Source of the DNA: Tolypothrix carrinoi HA7290-LM1
Lineage (GTDB): Bacteria; Cyanobacteriota; Cyanobacteriia; Cyanobacteriales; Nostocaceae
Direction: 5' to 3'
Assembly: GCA_019358935.1 (NCBI GenBank)
Contig: JAHHIK010000022.1
Coordinates: forward strand, 20,082 to 84,081
Length of the DNA stretch: 64,000 nucleotides
In this document: positions 10,887-22,888 of the stretch, piece after piece
How positions within the stretch are numbered: the first letter of the stretch is position 1
How the letters are laid out: every line of letters starts with the position of its first letter
The notes under the pieces: generated by a model
What the model saw: the letters and a program-made list of their open reading frames with translations, nothing else
Database searches by the model: none
Told to the model about the DNA's origin: nothing
Made by a program: the position numbers and the translations under genes

Positions 10887-11732
10887 GTGAATGTGAGTAA
10901 TATTTTTCTTCGTAAACGTGTTTTTTGCCTGACCAGTGTAACTGTAGCAGTTCTAGGTAGCGGCTTATCTGCTGTTGCTCAAACAGTACCAGCGGTTCAA
11001 CAATCAACTCAGCTATCCACAACTGAAGTGTCTGTTGACCAAACGAGTGCTGGGGTAGAGACTCAAAGCCAAAACTTCTCTACTGTATCAGAAGGCAATC
11101 CAGTTTTGGTATCAGATTCTACAACTTGGCAACAGTTCCCAGGCATCAATACAGAGGAAACTGCTAATCGAATAGTCACGCCTGTTCCCGGAACAACGTC
11201 AACCTCATCTGCGGCACTAACTGCTCAATACCCGCAAGCGCAATTTCAAGCATCTTTACCAAAATCTAATTCTCAGGTGGCACAAGCGGATATTGATCCG
11301 GGTAGACCTACCCGTGGTGGCAGTAGCTATGTTGGTATCGCTGCCAACATTGGTATAAGTGGCGGTGATTCCGCTGTGGGCGACGGCAATTTTATGGTGA
11401 TTAGCAAAATAGGATTGTCAAATGCCATATCAGTGCGACCGTCGGCTGTGATTGGCGACAATACTGCTTTTTTGATTCCTGTTACTTACGACTTTTCCTT
11501 CCAGCAGGCATCAGATCCATTTAGCGAACCATTACCGATCGCTCCTTATGTTGGGGCTGGTGCAGCGATTAATACTGGGGATGACACTCAAGCCGCTTTT
11601 TTAGTAACTGGTGGCGTTGATGTGCCTCTAAATGCTCAATTTACGGCAAATGCTGCTGTAAATGCCGCATTTTTTGATGAAACCGACATCGGATTGTCGA
11701 TTGGAGTTGGTTACAACTTCGGTCGCTTCTAA
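10887..11732 (+). CDS. Secreted/outer-membrane beta-barrel protein
   Basis: Signal peptide, low-complexity linker, alternating beta-strands ending IGVGYNF; GAGGAG SD before the GTG. Confidence 0.7.
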   Translation: MNVSNIFLRKRVFCLTSVTVAVLGSGLSAVAQTVPAVQQSTQLSTTEVSVDQTSAGVETQSQNFSTVSEGNPVLVSDSTTWQQFPGINTEETANRIVTPVPGTTSTSSAALTAQYPQAQFQASLPKSNSQVAQADIDPGRPTRGGSSYVGIAANIGISGGDSAVGDGNFMVISKIGLSNAISVRPSAVIGDNTAFLIPVTYDFSFQQASDPFSEPLPIAPYVGAGAAINTGDDTQAAFLVTGGVDVPLNAQFTANAAVNAAFFDETDIGLSIGVGYNFGRF

Positions 11733-11744
11733 ATCTAATAGGTA

Positions 11745-11860
11745 ATTGGGCAATGGGCAATGGGCAATGGGCATTGGGAATAAAGCCAAATCTATGAACC
11801 CATGCCCTATGCCCTATGCCCTATGCCCTATGCCCCATGCCCAATTACCCATTACCCAAT
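11745..11860. repeat. STRR heptamer arrays (GGGCAAT / CCCTATG) in inverted arrangement
   Basis: Tandem 7-mers between convergent genes. Confidence 0.9.
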
Positions 11861-11862
11861 TT

Positions 11863-13194
11863 TTACTTAGGGCTAACTTTATCTATCGTCTTAATTTTAC
11901 CGTCGTCGCCAACTGTCCAAACATCGTAAACACCGACCACATCGCCATTTTGGTCAATATCTACGTTTCCACTGGCTCCCTGAAAGTTAATTTTCTTACC
12001 TTCTTTAAGTAACTTCAGTCCCTCGCAGACATCAGCAACTTCTGTACCAGGACCATTGGCAACTTCACGGATTTTGCTGGCTATGCCAACCCCTGTATTA
12101 TCTTTAGCGGATTGCGCTGCCAATGCTAACAAAGCGGCAGCGTCCCAAGCGTGAGCGGTGTATGGTGCTGGTGGAGATCCTTTTTTGGATTGCCAAAGCT
12201 TGGCGAAAGCGTCTAATCCTTTACCATTGGAACCAGGTACAGTACCGATCGCTCCACTAACAATATATTTACCATCACCAGCTTTCCCAACTCTATTCGG
12301 GAAGGTATCTGACTTGGTGCCATCTGTCAGCATAATCTGTACTCCCTGAGCCAGACCTTGCTGATAAGCAGTTTTTAGTAGTAAACTAGCAGTTTCTTCA
12401 TAAGCTACGACCAATACTGCATCCGGTTTCCCGGCAAAAGCTGCTTGAGCTTCGGTATCAAAAGTGGTGGCTTTGGGGTCGTAACGAGTGGGACTGTTTT
12501 TGTTAACTATTGTTCCACCTGATTTTTCAAAAGCTTGGACAAATGCTTTTTCAAAGCCTACTCCGTAGTCGTTGTTAATTACAACTGTAGAAACTTTTTT
12601 GAAACCTTTTTTATTCGCAAGTTGAGCCAAGGCTAATGCTTGGTAGGTATCGGGGGGAGCAGTACGCGCCCAATAACCTTTATAATCTCCTTTGCCTGCT
12701 TTTTCGGTAAATACCGGGCTAGTACTACCTGGAGAAATCAACATAACTTTATTGGGTGTAGCGATGGAAACTGCCGCTGTAGAAACGCTGCTGGCAAAAG
12801 ACCCAACTACACCACCAACTCTATCTACGGTTGCCAATTTTGTCATCCCCGCAGCACCGGCTCTGGGGTCGGTTTGGTCGTCTACGGGCACGAGGGTGAC
12901 TTTTTCACCGTTCACCCCACCACAAGCATTAACTGTATCCACAAGTAAGGGAATAGCACCCACCATCTGCTGACCGATGGAAGCTAAATCGCCAGTTGAG
13001 GGTAACAGCGAACCAATTTTCAGTCCTTTGGCATTACTCGCTGTGGTAGTTGAACTAGCTGGGGCTGTAGTAGCACCACTAGTTGTAGTAGTGGTGCTAG
13101 TAGTTGTTGTAGTGGTTTTTGTACAAGCTGCCGCTAAAAAGCCAGATAATAAAGTAGCTAAACTTAGAGCTAAGGCGGAATTGATTTTTTTCAT
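11863..13194 (-). CDS. natB: Branched-chain/neutral amino-acid ABC transporter substrate-binding lipoprotein (NatB-like)
   Basis: Lipobox LAAAC, Thr-rich linker, LKIGSLLPSTGDLA, VNACGGVNG, ISPGSTSP, ARTAPPD, NNDYG. Confidence 0.85.
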   Translation of the reverse strand: MKKINSALALSLATLLSGFLAAACTKTTTTTTSTTTTTSGATTAPASSTTTASNAKGLKIGSLLPSTGDLASIGQQMVGAIPLLVDTVNACGGVNGEKVTLVPVDDQTDPRAGAAGMTKLATVDRVGGVVGSFASSVSTAAVSIATPNKVMLISPGSTSPVFTEKAGKGDYKGYWARTAPPDTYQALALAQLANKKGFKKVSTVVINNDYGVGFEKAFVQAFEKSGGTIVNKNSPTRYDPKATTFDTEAQAAFAGKPDAVLVVAYEETASLLLKTAYQQGLAQGVQIMLTDGTKSDTFPNRVGKAGDGKYIVSGAIGTVPGSNGKGLDAFAKLWQSKKGSPPAPYTAHAWDAAALLALAAQSAKDNTGVGIASKIREVANGPGTEVADVCEGLKLLKEGKKINFQGASGNVDIDQNGDVVGVYDVWTVGDDGKIKTIDKVSPK

Positions 13195-13201
13195 AAATTA
13201 C

Positions 13202-14548
13202 CAAAAAATTGGGTCTGAGCTACGTCCTGTAAGAACGGCTTTTCTTGTATTTGTGCTATAATCTTATCGTAAACTTAAACGATAAGATGCTCATCTACGA
13301 AGCCAAGTTAGAAGGAACCAAAATACAGTACGAACGGCTCGACCAAGCTATTCGTACTGGTCTTTTTGTGCGGAATTCTATCGTTCGCGCTTGGTTGGAT
13401 GGGCAAGTTAAAAGTCGGAATGATGCCTACAAATATTGCAAAGTATTAGCTGATAATCCGGAATTTCCTTGGGCGGTAAGATTAAATTCTCAGGCTAGAC
13501 AAGCCCATGCCGAAAGAGCGTGGGCAAGTATTGAGAGATTCTATCGCAATTGCACTTCCCAAGTTAAAGGGAAGAAGGGGTTTCCTCAGTTTAAAAAACG
13601 TGACTGCAGAGCATCGGTGGAGTATAAAGTTAGCGGCTGGAAACTATCGGATGATAGGCGCTATTTAGAATTCACTGATGGATTTAAAGCTGGTGCATTT
13701 AAGATGTGGGGAACTAGAAATCTCCACTTTTACCAAATTGAACAAATTAAACGGGTAAGAGTTGTCAGGAGGCATGACGGCTATTACGCACAGTTTTTAA
13801 TCGATTATAAACGGGAGGAAGATAAAGAATTAACACACAGGCAAGTTGGCTTAGATGTTGGTTTGACCCATTTCTTGACAGATAGCTTTGGAGAAAAAGT
13901 AGACAACCCCAGGTTTTTGAGAAAAGATGAGCGAAAAATAAAACGGTTGCAACAGCGCTTGTCTAAAACACAAAAACGTAGCCAAAACAGGACTAAAGCT
14001 AAAAATAAATTAGGTAGAGCGCATCTTAAGGTATCACGCAGACGTAACGATTGGGTTTGTAAATTAGCCCAGCGCGTCATCCAGTCTAACGACTTGGTAG
14101 CGATTGAAAACCTAAAAGTGCGTAATCTGGTAAAAAATCACTGTCTTGCTAAGTCGATATCAGATGCAGCGTGGTATAGATTTCGAGAATGGTTGGAATA
14201 TTTTGGTGCTGTTTATGGTGTTCCTGTCATAGCAGTTAACCCAAGTTATACAACTGGTGATTGCTCAAACTGTGGAATAACAGTAGTCAAAACATTAAGC
14301 ACCAGAACTCACAAATGTCCCCATTGTAATTTTGTTGTAGATAGGGACGAAAACGCCGCTTTAAACATTTTAAAATCGGCTCTAAAAGAATGGGCAAATA
14401 CGGTGGGGCGCACCGAACTTCAAGTCTCTGGAGAGACTCCCCTCTGCTCGAATGTGGAAACACAGACGAGTAAGGGAACTCGACGAAAGAGAAAGCCTTA
14501 GAAGCGATTCTAAGAATCCCCATGCGTTTACGCCGGGGAGAACGTCAA
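13202..14548 (+). mobile_element. IS200/IS605-family non-autonomous element (tnpB only, IS1341-type)
   Basis: TTAC target at 13198-13201; left end CAAAAAATTGGGTCTGAGCTACGTCCTGTAAGAACGGCTTT; right end ...GAATCCCATGCGTTTACGCCGGGGAGAACGTCAA; no tnpA and no target duplication. Confidence 0.88.
13287..14501 (+). CDS. tnpB: RNA-guided endonuclease TnpB
   Basis: RuvC-I GLDVGL, RuvC-II IENL, Zn finger CSNC...CPHC, RuvC-III DRDENAALNI; all three acidic residues are present. Confidence 0.95.
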   Translation: MLIYEAKLEGTKIQYERLDQAIRTGLFVRNSIVRAWLDGQVKSRNDAYKYCKVLADNPEFPWAVRLNSQARQAHAERAWASIERFYRNCTSQVKGKKGFPQFKKRDCRASVEYKVSGWKLSDDRRYLEFTDGFKAGAFKMWGTRNLHFYQIEQIKRVRVVRRHDGYYAQFLIDYKREEDKELTHRQVGLDVGLTHFLTDSFGEKVDNPRFLRKDERKIKRLQQRLSKTQKRSQNRTKAKNKLGRAHLKVSRRRNDWVCKLAQRVIQSNDLVAIENLKVRNLVKNHCLAKSISDAAWYRFREWLEYFGAVYGVPVIAVNPSYTTGDCSNCGITVVKTLSTRTHKCPHCNFVVDRDENAALNILKSALKEWANTVGRTELQVSGETPLCSNVETQTSKGTRRKRKP

Positions 14549-14568
14549 TTTCACTCCTCTGATTTGTG
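14400..14568 (+). ncRNA. Predicted TnpB omega/reRNA (tnpB 3' end plus right end plus ~20 nt flank as guide); 5' boundary approximate
   Basis: Follows from established TnpB biology; the right end finishes at GTCAA (14548) and the flank reads TTTCACTCCTCTGATTTGTG. Confidence 0.6.
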
Positions 14569-14689
14569 GGAGCCTGAAAGCAATATTCTAACTGGATTAT
14601 CAGGACTCCGGATGATAAATCATATCATCATGCTTAGGGCATCATCCTTGGGGAATAAAAGTATCTGCTCTTAGTCGATAATTTTTACT

Positions 14690-14747
14690 GGTTCGTAGTA
14701 AGCGCTTAAGCGCTTATTTTAGGCACGAAGAGTGCCTACTACGAACC
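14690..14747. repeat. GTAG-type REP-like double palindrome (related copies at 5306-5353 and 25392-25442)
   Basis: GGTTCGTAGTAAGCGCTTAAGCGCTTA...GCACGAAGAGTGCCTACTACGAACC. Confidence 0.8.
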
Positions 14748-14801
14748 TCAATTCACACTCTTCGGTGTGATTGCAGTTTTAGTTTTGACAGACTGGGAAA
14801 A

Positions 14802-14893
14802 CGGAGAGGGAGGGATTCGAACCCTCGGTACGGAGTTGCCTGCCGTACAACAGATTAGCAATCTGCCGCTTTCGACCACTCAGCCACCTCTCC
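14802..14893 (-). tRNA. trnS: tRNA-Ser(GCU)
   Basis: GGAGAGGTGGCTGAGTGGTCGAAAGCGGCAGATT-GCT-AATCTG, long variable arm, GGTTCGAATCC, acceptor CCTCTCC-G; CCA not encoded. Confidence 0.97.
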
Positions 14894-15071
14894 AGGCTCA
14901 CAAATAGTGATGATATCAGATTTTCAAGGGTGAGTCAAGGGGGATTTGTTATTTGTTATTTGTTAGTGGATAGTGGATAGTTGATGGTTGTTGGGGGTTG
15001 GGGGTCAAAAAATACTACGCTCCTACGCTCCCACTATCGACTATCCACTATCCACCAACTATCGACTAAAG

Positions 15072-17427
<2,356 letters not shown>

Positions 17428-17527
17428 TTAACCTTACTTTTCTTCAATATTTCTTAATCGTTTTCTCGTTTTCATTATACGTTGCAATCCGTTACATTTA
17501 TCATCCCTCGTGCGATCGTCTCTGAAG

Positions 17528-17878
17528 AGGCAGGGGGGAGGGGGGCTTTCTTGCAGGGAGACAAGGGAGACAAGGGAGACAAGGGGAGCCAGTGCGTTCG
17601 GTCAAAAGACTTGAAGCATCTGGCGTGGACAAGGGAGACAAGCAGACAAGGAGGCAGGGGGCACTTTGCACTTTGCATTCTTGAGTTTGTCTCCCCATCT
17701 CCCCATCTCCCCATCTCCCCATCTCCCCATCTCCCCATCTCCCCATCCCCCCCTCTCCCCATCCCCCCCTCTCCCCATCCCCCCATCTCCCCATCCCCCC
17801 ATCTCCCCATCCCCCCATCTCCCCATCCCCCCCTCTCCCCATCCCCCCATCCCCCCTCCCCCTCTCCCCTTTCCCCGC
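17528..17878. repeat. Compound low-complexity repeat (GACAAGGGA, TCCCCATC 8-mers) with an embedded small dispersed element at ~17588-17626
   Basis: Tandem 8/9-mers; source of several spurious ORFs. Confidence 0.9.
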
Positions 17879-18643
17879 TTGGATTTGCCGATTTTAAATT
17901 TTTTATTTAGTTCTTCATTAAAACTTATTTGTCTGAGTTATAAATTATTCAAATTATTCATCCCTGAGTTTTTATGTGATTTTGCTGCACCACAAAAAGA
18001 TGAAAACCTTGCCCATTCAGCCTTATATCTTCTGGTAACGACAGATTATTAAATAATTTTTTCTGAAAGTATATTTGCTATACCTAAGTTGGAAAAGATG
18101 CTAATAGTCTTTAAAAAAAAATTGGTAGCAATTCAAACCATTTTTTTCAAAAACTACTGCAAGTTAATTCATGATTATTATCTCTAAATCACTGATTTAT
18201 TCAGCAATCATGAGCATTTGCGAGCTTGATAACTTTCCGGCATTGGTAAACAATGCTCTTCGCTTCATAGTATATTTTGCTTCAGTAAATCCTTATTAAC
18301 ATGTATTTTATATATCATTATATCAAATAATTTTAGTATTATTACTGTTGTGAATTAGGTGATACTTATTTATTTTAAGGCTTTTGTTAGAGTTATTCAT
18401 AACAAATTTAAATCAAAAAGTAGTAATTAATCGACAACATCTCAAAGCTTTATTTACTTATTTGCCAACAAGGGGATAAGATGATTTCTGCTGGGGATCG
18501 CTCATTAGCGTGCTTCTAACTAAAAAGAGATTTGTTTTAATTGGCAAAGAATATACAGTTTGATTTTTTTGGATAAAAATTATCTTTGCCAAAACTAGGG
18601 TTGCACTTATTATGTATGCGGGTACCTAAAATTTGACTTAACC

Positions 18644-19867
18644 ATGCTATCTTTTGGATTTTTTTGCATTGCATCTTGGATTGGTTCATTTTTGTCGTTG
18701 AGCGAAAACTTGCCACCAAGTTTTATGCCAAAGGTTTCTCCGACAAAGGTTTCATCCAATCTAGATAAACTATTAAGTAACAATCGGGAATTTTTGGAGA
18801 CACCTAAGCAGCGATTAAATGTCTGGAGTACGACGATATTACCTACAAGGTTTTTGAAGATAGATTGGGGTTCTAAAGAATCACCACCAACGAAAGCTAA
18901 GTTATCGAATGTTTCGGTAAGCAAAGTAAAGCAAAGTAAAAATCAGTTTTGTAGTTCTCTGCCAGATATTGCATCTGAGAAGATTCCGGTAAAAACAGCA
19001 AGTGTTTTGCCGATTCCTCGGTTGATAGAATCAAGCCTGAGTAACCGAGATTTGTTGCCAAATAAAATTTTGCGATCGCTGCAAAATTTCTTCAACTTCT
19101 CGACGATAGAGCAAGGTGTAACAACACCAGTAGTAGTTGTTCGTCGCGACCAAGACAACTATGAGGTGTGGGTAAATAACCGTATAGTTGCAACTTTACC
19201 CAACGAAATCGAAGCCAAATCAATGCAACAACGTTTAACGCAAGTTGTCAATTTGCCTAGGTTAGATGCTAATCAATTCCGACCGGCATTAGTTGATGGT
19301 ATACCAGCGTTAATGGCAGGAAATCGCTTTTTGTTTGCAATACAAAAAGAAGTTTCTCACTCCTCTCACCCCAGTGGTGAACTATTAGCGATTGAATGGA
19401 TTAATAATCTTCGTTCAGCTTTGCAAGCACCTGCTTTATCACTAGTGGAAGGACAGCAAGAAATGTATGGTTTAACACCTTCCAAGAAAAAAATGTTCGG
19501 TTTAGCTTCTTGGTATGGTGGTTATTTTCATGGTCGAACAACAGCGAATGGTGAGAAGTACAATCAAAACGAATTAACAGTTGCTCATAAGTCACTTCCT
19601 TTTAACACATTCTTGCAGGTGACTAACTTAAAGAATGGCAACTCTGTGATTGTGCGTGTAAACGATCGCGGTCCTTATATTCCACCCAGAAGTCTCGATT
19701 TGTCAAGGGAAGCAGCGAGGTGTATCAACAGCGAAACCGCTGGAGTAGTTCCTTATAAAGCCGTGATTTTGGAAAGTAACGAACCGAAAAAGTTCTTGAA
19801 AAATTCATCTGTTTCTACCGCAAATCTCAAAAAAAGTAGAAAACTTGCAATAGTTTCAGATTTTTAA
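18644..19867 (+). CDS. rlpA: Septal ring lytic transglycosylase RlpA family protein (start uncertain)
   Basis: C-terminal DPBB domain: GLASWYG, FHGRTTANGE, AHKSLPF, VRVNDRGPY, LDLS. Confidence 0.9.
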   Translation: MLSFGFFCIASWIGSFLSLSENLPPSFMPKVSPTKVSSNLDKLLSNNREFLETPKQRLNVWSTTILPTRFLKIDWGSKESPPTKAKLSNVSVSKVKQSKNQFCSSLPDIASEKIPVKTASVLPIPRLIESSLSNRDLLPNKILRSLQNFFNFSTIEQGVTTPVVVVRRDQDNYEVWVNNRIVATLPNEIEAKSMQQRLTQVVNLPRLDANQFRPALVDGIPALMAGNRFLFAIQKEVSHSSHPSGELLAIEWINNLRSALQAPALSLVEGQQEMYGLTPSKKKMFGLASWYGGYFHGRTTANGEKYNQNELTVAHKSLPFNTFLQVTNLKNGNSVIVRVNDRGPYIPPRSLDLSREAARCINSETAGVVPYKAVILESNEPKKFLKNSSVSTANLKKSRKLAIVSDF

Positions 19868-19996
19868 GCGGCTATTGTGGGTAAATGGTAATAGGTAATT
19901 GGGAATTGGGAATTGGAAATTGGTAATTGGGCATGGGTAATAATTCTTTTTAAGCGTCCAAGCGTTTCTAGTTTCCATTACCTATTACCATAAAAG

Positions 19997-20941
19997 CTAC
20001 TGAATGCATTTGAGCAAAGAAACTTCTCTTCGGTCATGCTGCATTTTATAATCGGTTGTAGCAAATTCTATTTGCAAAATTAAACGGTCTTTATGAGTAG
20101 GAGTTATTCCTTTATGAAAACAAAGGGGATCTTCCACAAATCCAAAACCAGCTTTGCCACAAATTTTCACTAAAGATTCCTTGCCATAAGAATCAATAAT
20201 ATCTTTATCTGTCTCTCGTTTACGTAGCCAAAGATGTGAAAGTTTCTTCTTATTGTGACTACCACGAACACAGACATGAGGTCCGCTATGCTCATCTACA
20301 TCAGTCAAATAAAAGAAAAATTTCAAAAAGCGATAATCGTCTATATCGTAGTGAAAAACCTGAGCAGCTTGACTTTGTTGCCGATATGTTATTTTGGTTG
20401 AAAAACTCCACCAAAGATTATTTCCTTGATGTACTGGTGAAGCATCTAAATATTTAGCGGCTATTGCTAATAATTTGGGATCGTGTTGTAATTTTTTCAT
20501 CGCAGGACAAAGCACATCTGTGTTGAAATAACCACCAATTACAAATTGTTTTCCTGACTTAGTTTCTGCTTGTTCCTTATGATGATAATAAAATCCTAGT
20601 TCTGGTTTTCTATTACCATAACAAATTGTAGATTTCGCGAATTTAAGTATTTCTTGAACAATCGCTTCAGGGAGATTAATTCCCATATACAATCCGTCAA
20701 TGTTTAAGCTATTAACAACGTCGTCTACATTTATATCTTCAAAACAAGAGTTAATTTCATTTACAGGTAATGAATATGATTTAGTTGAGCGTTTTGATAA
20801 ATATATCATTATCGTTCGCCCAATTTTAAATCGAGCAATCTTACGCATTAAAAGCCATTGAGGATTTTTAGTCAATCCTTTGTAATTTTCATAACAAGTA
20901 TCATAAAATTTGGAAAAAATTCTCTCTAAATACATAAACAT
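19997..20941 (-). CDS. Fe(II)/2-oxoglutarate dioxygenase, PhyH-like
   Basis: FHYDIDD (HxD), FFYLTDV..SGPH..VRGSH, distal FHKG and DRLILQ. Confidence 0.75.
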   Translation of the reverse strand: MFMYLERIFSKFYDTCYENYKGLTKNPQWLLMRKIARFKIGRTIMIYLSKRSTKSYSLPVNEINSCFEDINVDDVVNSLNIDGLYMGINLPEAIVQEILKFAKSTICYGNRKPELGFYYHHKEQAETKSGKQFVIGGYFNTDVLCPAMKKLQHDPKLLAIAAKYLDASPVHQGNNLWWSFSTKITYRQQSQAAQVFHYDIDDYRFLKFFFYLTDVDEHSGPHVCVRGSHNKKKLSHLWLRKRETDKDIIDSYGKESLVKICGKAGFGFVEDPLCFHKGITPTHKDRLILQIEFATTDYKMQHDRREVSLLKCIQ

Positions 20942-21242
20942 TCTCAGATGGAAACAGCAAAATGTACTTCACACAAATTATTTTGCAAAAAAAATACTTA
21001 GTACTTGCTTTGGTAAGATTGTGTAATTTGTATCATACCATCCTCATCGATAAAAGTTAATATCGCTACATAAATAATGCAGTAAATTTACTGTTTATTT
21101 TTAGAGTTAATCTAAATTTAGGTTTTAATGAAGCGTTATGTTTAGCTGATTTTAATTGCAACTATTAAAGATGTAGGATAAAAGGTAATGTCCTTGAGGT
21201 TGAACATCCACATTTTTGCTACACAACTATAGGTAAAGCATT

Positions 21243-22325
21243 ATGCCAGTATCGCAACTTGAGCGCTTTGGACATCACCTGATTCTGGGTATTTCGGGTA
21301 CCACATTAAGCGATGATGATAAACGCGCACTCAGCGAATTGAAACCGATTGGGGTGATATTTTTTGCGAAGAATTTTCGTCATGGCACTCATTATCAAGT
21401 TTGGCTGGAAGCTTTTAAGGAACTAATCGACCAAGTACGAGAATATGCTGAACGTGACTTGATGTTTATCACCCTTGACCATGAGGGAGGTTCTGTAATT
21501 CGCACACCTTTGCCGATCGCTCGATTTCCTCATGCTTTTTTGTTGGGAACACTGGCTATTGAAGTAGCGAAGGCAACAGCATTAGAATTAAAGTCATTGG
21601 GAATCAATGTATCTTGGTCTCCTGTAGCGGATATTTTTTCTAATCCTGAGAATCCGGTCATTGGACCCCGTGCTTTTGGCACGACTGCACAAACTGCTGC
21701 ACAAGGTGCCTGCGATTACTATTTGGGATTGAAGGAGTCAGGAATTTTGGGATGTGGAAAGCATTTCCCCGGACATGGAGACACCAATCAAGACTCGCAT
21801 ATTGAACTACCAAGGTTAAATCTGACAGTAGAAGATTTGCGATCGCGTGAACTAATACCTTTTCAAGCGCTGATCGAACAACAGATACCGATGATTATGA
21901 CCGCACACATTCTATTTCCTCAGATAGATGCAGATGTGCCGGCAACGCTGTCTAAATTAATTTTAAATGACATTCTCCGCAAAGAGCTTAAATTTGAGGG
22001 AGTAATTGTATCTGATGACTTAGATATGAAAGCTGTCTCAGATATGTTTATGAAAAGTGGGACTGTGGCAAAAGCGTTTAATGCAGGTTGCGATTTATTT
22101 ATCGTGTCCCGCAATATCAATTCATCATCTCTGGAAAGAACTTATGCGATCGCTCAAGATTTTTCTCTTTCGCTTGATAACGGTAGTCTTGATGAATCGG
22201 TAGTTACAGCAGCTAAAACACGAATTGAGAAACTACTTGAGGTGACTCCTCAATATATAGTTCATAATCTTGATGAAGAGACTCTGTTGCGACATGCTAA
22301 ATTAGCGATCGCTTGCAATCTTTAG
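21243..22325 (+). CDS. nagZ: Beta-N-acetylhexosaminidase (GH3)
   Basis: DHEGG, SPVADI, KHFPGHGDT..DSH, MTAHI, VSDDLDMKA. Confidence 0.93.
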   Translation: MPVSQLERFGHHLILGISGTTLSDDDKRALSELKPIGVIFFAKNFRHGTHYQVWLEAFKELIDQVREYAERDLMFITLDHEGGSVIRTPLPIARFPHAFLLGTLAIEVAKATALELKSLGINVSWSPVADIFSNPENPVIGPRAFGTTAQTAAQGACDYYLGLKESGILGCGKHFPGHGDTNQDSHIELPRLNLTVEDLRSRELIPFQALIEQQIPMIMTAHILFPQIDADVPATLSKLILNDILRKELKFEGVIVSDDLDMKAVSDMFMKSGTVAKAFNAGCDLFIVSRNINSSSLERTYAIAQDFSLSLDNGSLDESVVTAAKTRIEKLLEVTPQYIVHNLDEETLLRHAKLAIACNL

Positions 22326-22389
22326 TCTCAGATACCCGACTTCGCACTCATTTGTCGGGTATCTAGGTGCAAGTTTCGGAAATTCTAAA

Positions 22390-22518
22390 ACTTTAGACGT
22401 TGACTGATAATTGCTGACTAATTCTAAAGCTCCAAGTGTTTTTAAAGTCGCAATAGTAGGGATGTTTAAGTTTGTGATGCCTATGATATTCATATTCTCA
22501 TAAGGGCGAGGCGATCGC
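22390..22518 (-). pseudogene. C-terminal remnant of a NACHT/NB-ARC-WD40 protein
   Basis: Translates RSPRPYENMNIIGITNLNIPTIATLKTLGALE, which resembles the recalled C-terminal tail of cyanobacterial NACHT-WD40 proteins; nothing coding upstream of the HIP1 site at 22511. Confidence 0.65.
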
Positions 22519-22850
22519 ACTCTCAATTACACGATTATTTTAGGCGATCGCGCTTTCGATGACACGATAATTTCATGCGATCGCACTTTCTCCCGACACG
22601 ATGATATAGAGCGATCGCGCCTTCGATAACTCGATAATTTTAGGCGATCGCACTTCGACAACCCGATAACAGAAGTGCGATCGCACTCTCCAATACACGA
22701 TAATTAGATGCGATCGCACTCTCGGTGACACGATGATATAGAGCGATCGCACTCTCTATTACACGATAATTAGATGCGATGCCTACGGCGGCAAGCTACG
22801 CATTATTATGATTAGAGATAGGCGATCGCACTCTTTAGCAGAGCGATCGC
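22511..22850. repeat. Degenerate tandem array of 33-bp units, each starting with HIP1
   Basis: GCGATCGC at 22511, 22544, 22577, 22611, 22644, 22677, 22710, 22743, an interrupted copy at 22776, then 22822 and 22843. Confidence 0.92.
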
Positions 22851-22888
22851 AAAACTATCCAATATATCGATAATGATGCCCTTCCGCA

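Noticed and set aside
13287..14501. Cas12f/type V CRISPR effector
   Set aside because: It is bounded by IS200/IS605 left and right ends with no array, so it is an ordinary TnpB.
14802..14893. tRNA-Ser as an integration site for an island
   Set aside because: No integrase and no duplicated tRNA 3' end were seen in the window.
17475..18052. Overlapping Gly/Trp- or Pro-rich ORFs
   Set aside because: They are translations of 8-mer tandem repeats in several frames.
22511..22850. CRISPR array
   Set aside because: The invariant part is only 8 bp, the inter-repeat segments resemble each other, the 33-bp period is too short for repeat plus spacer, and no cas genes are present.
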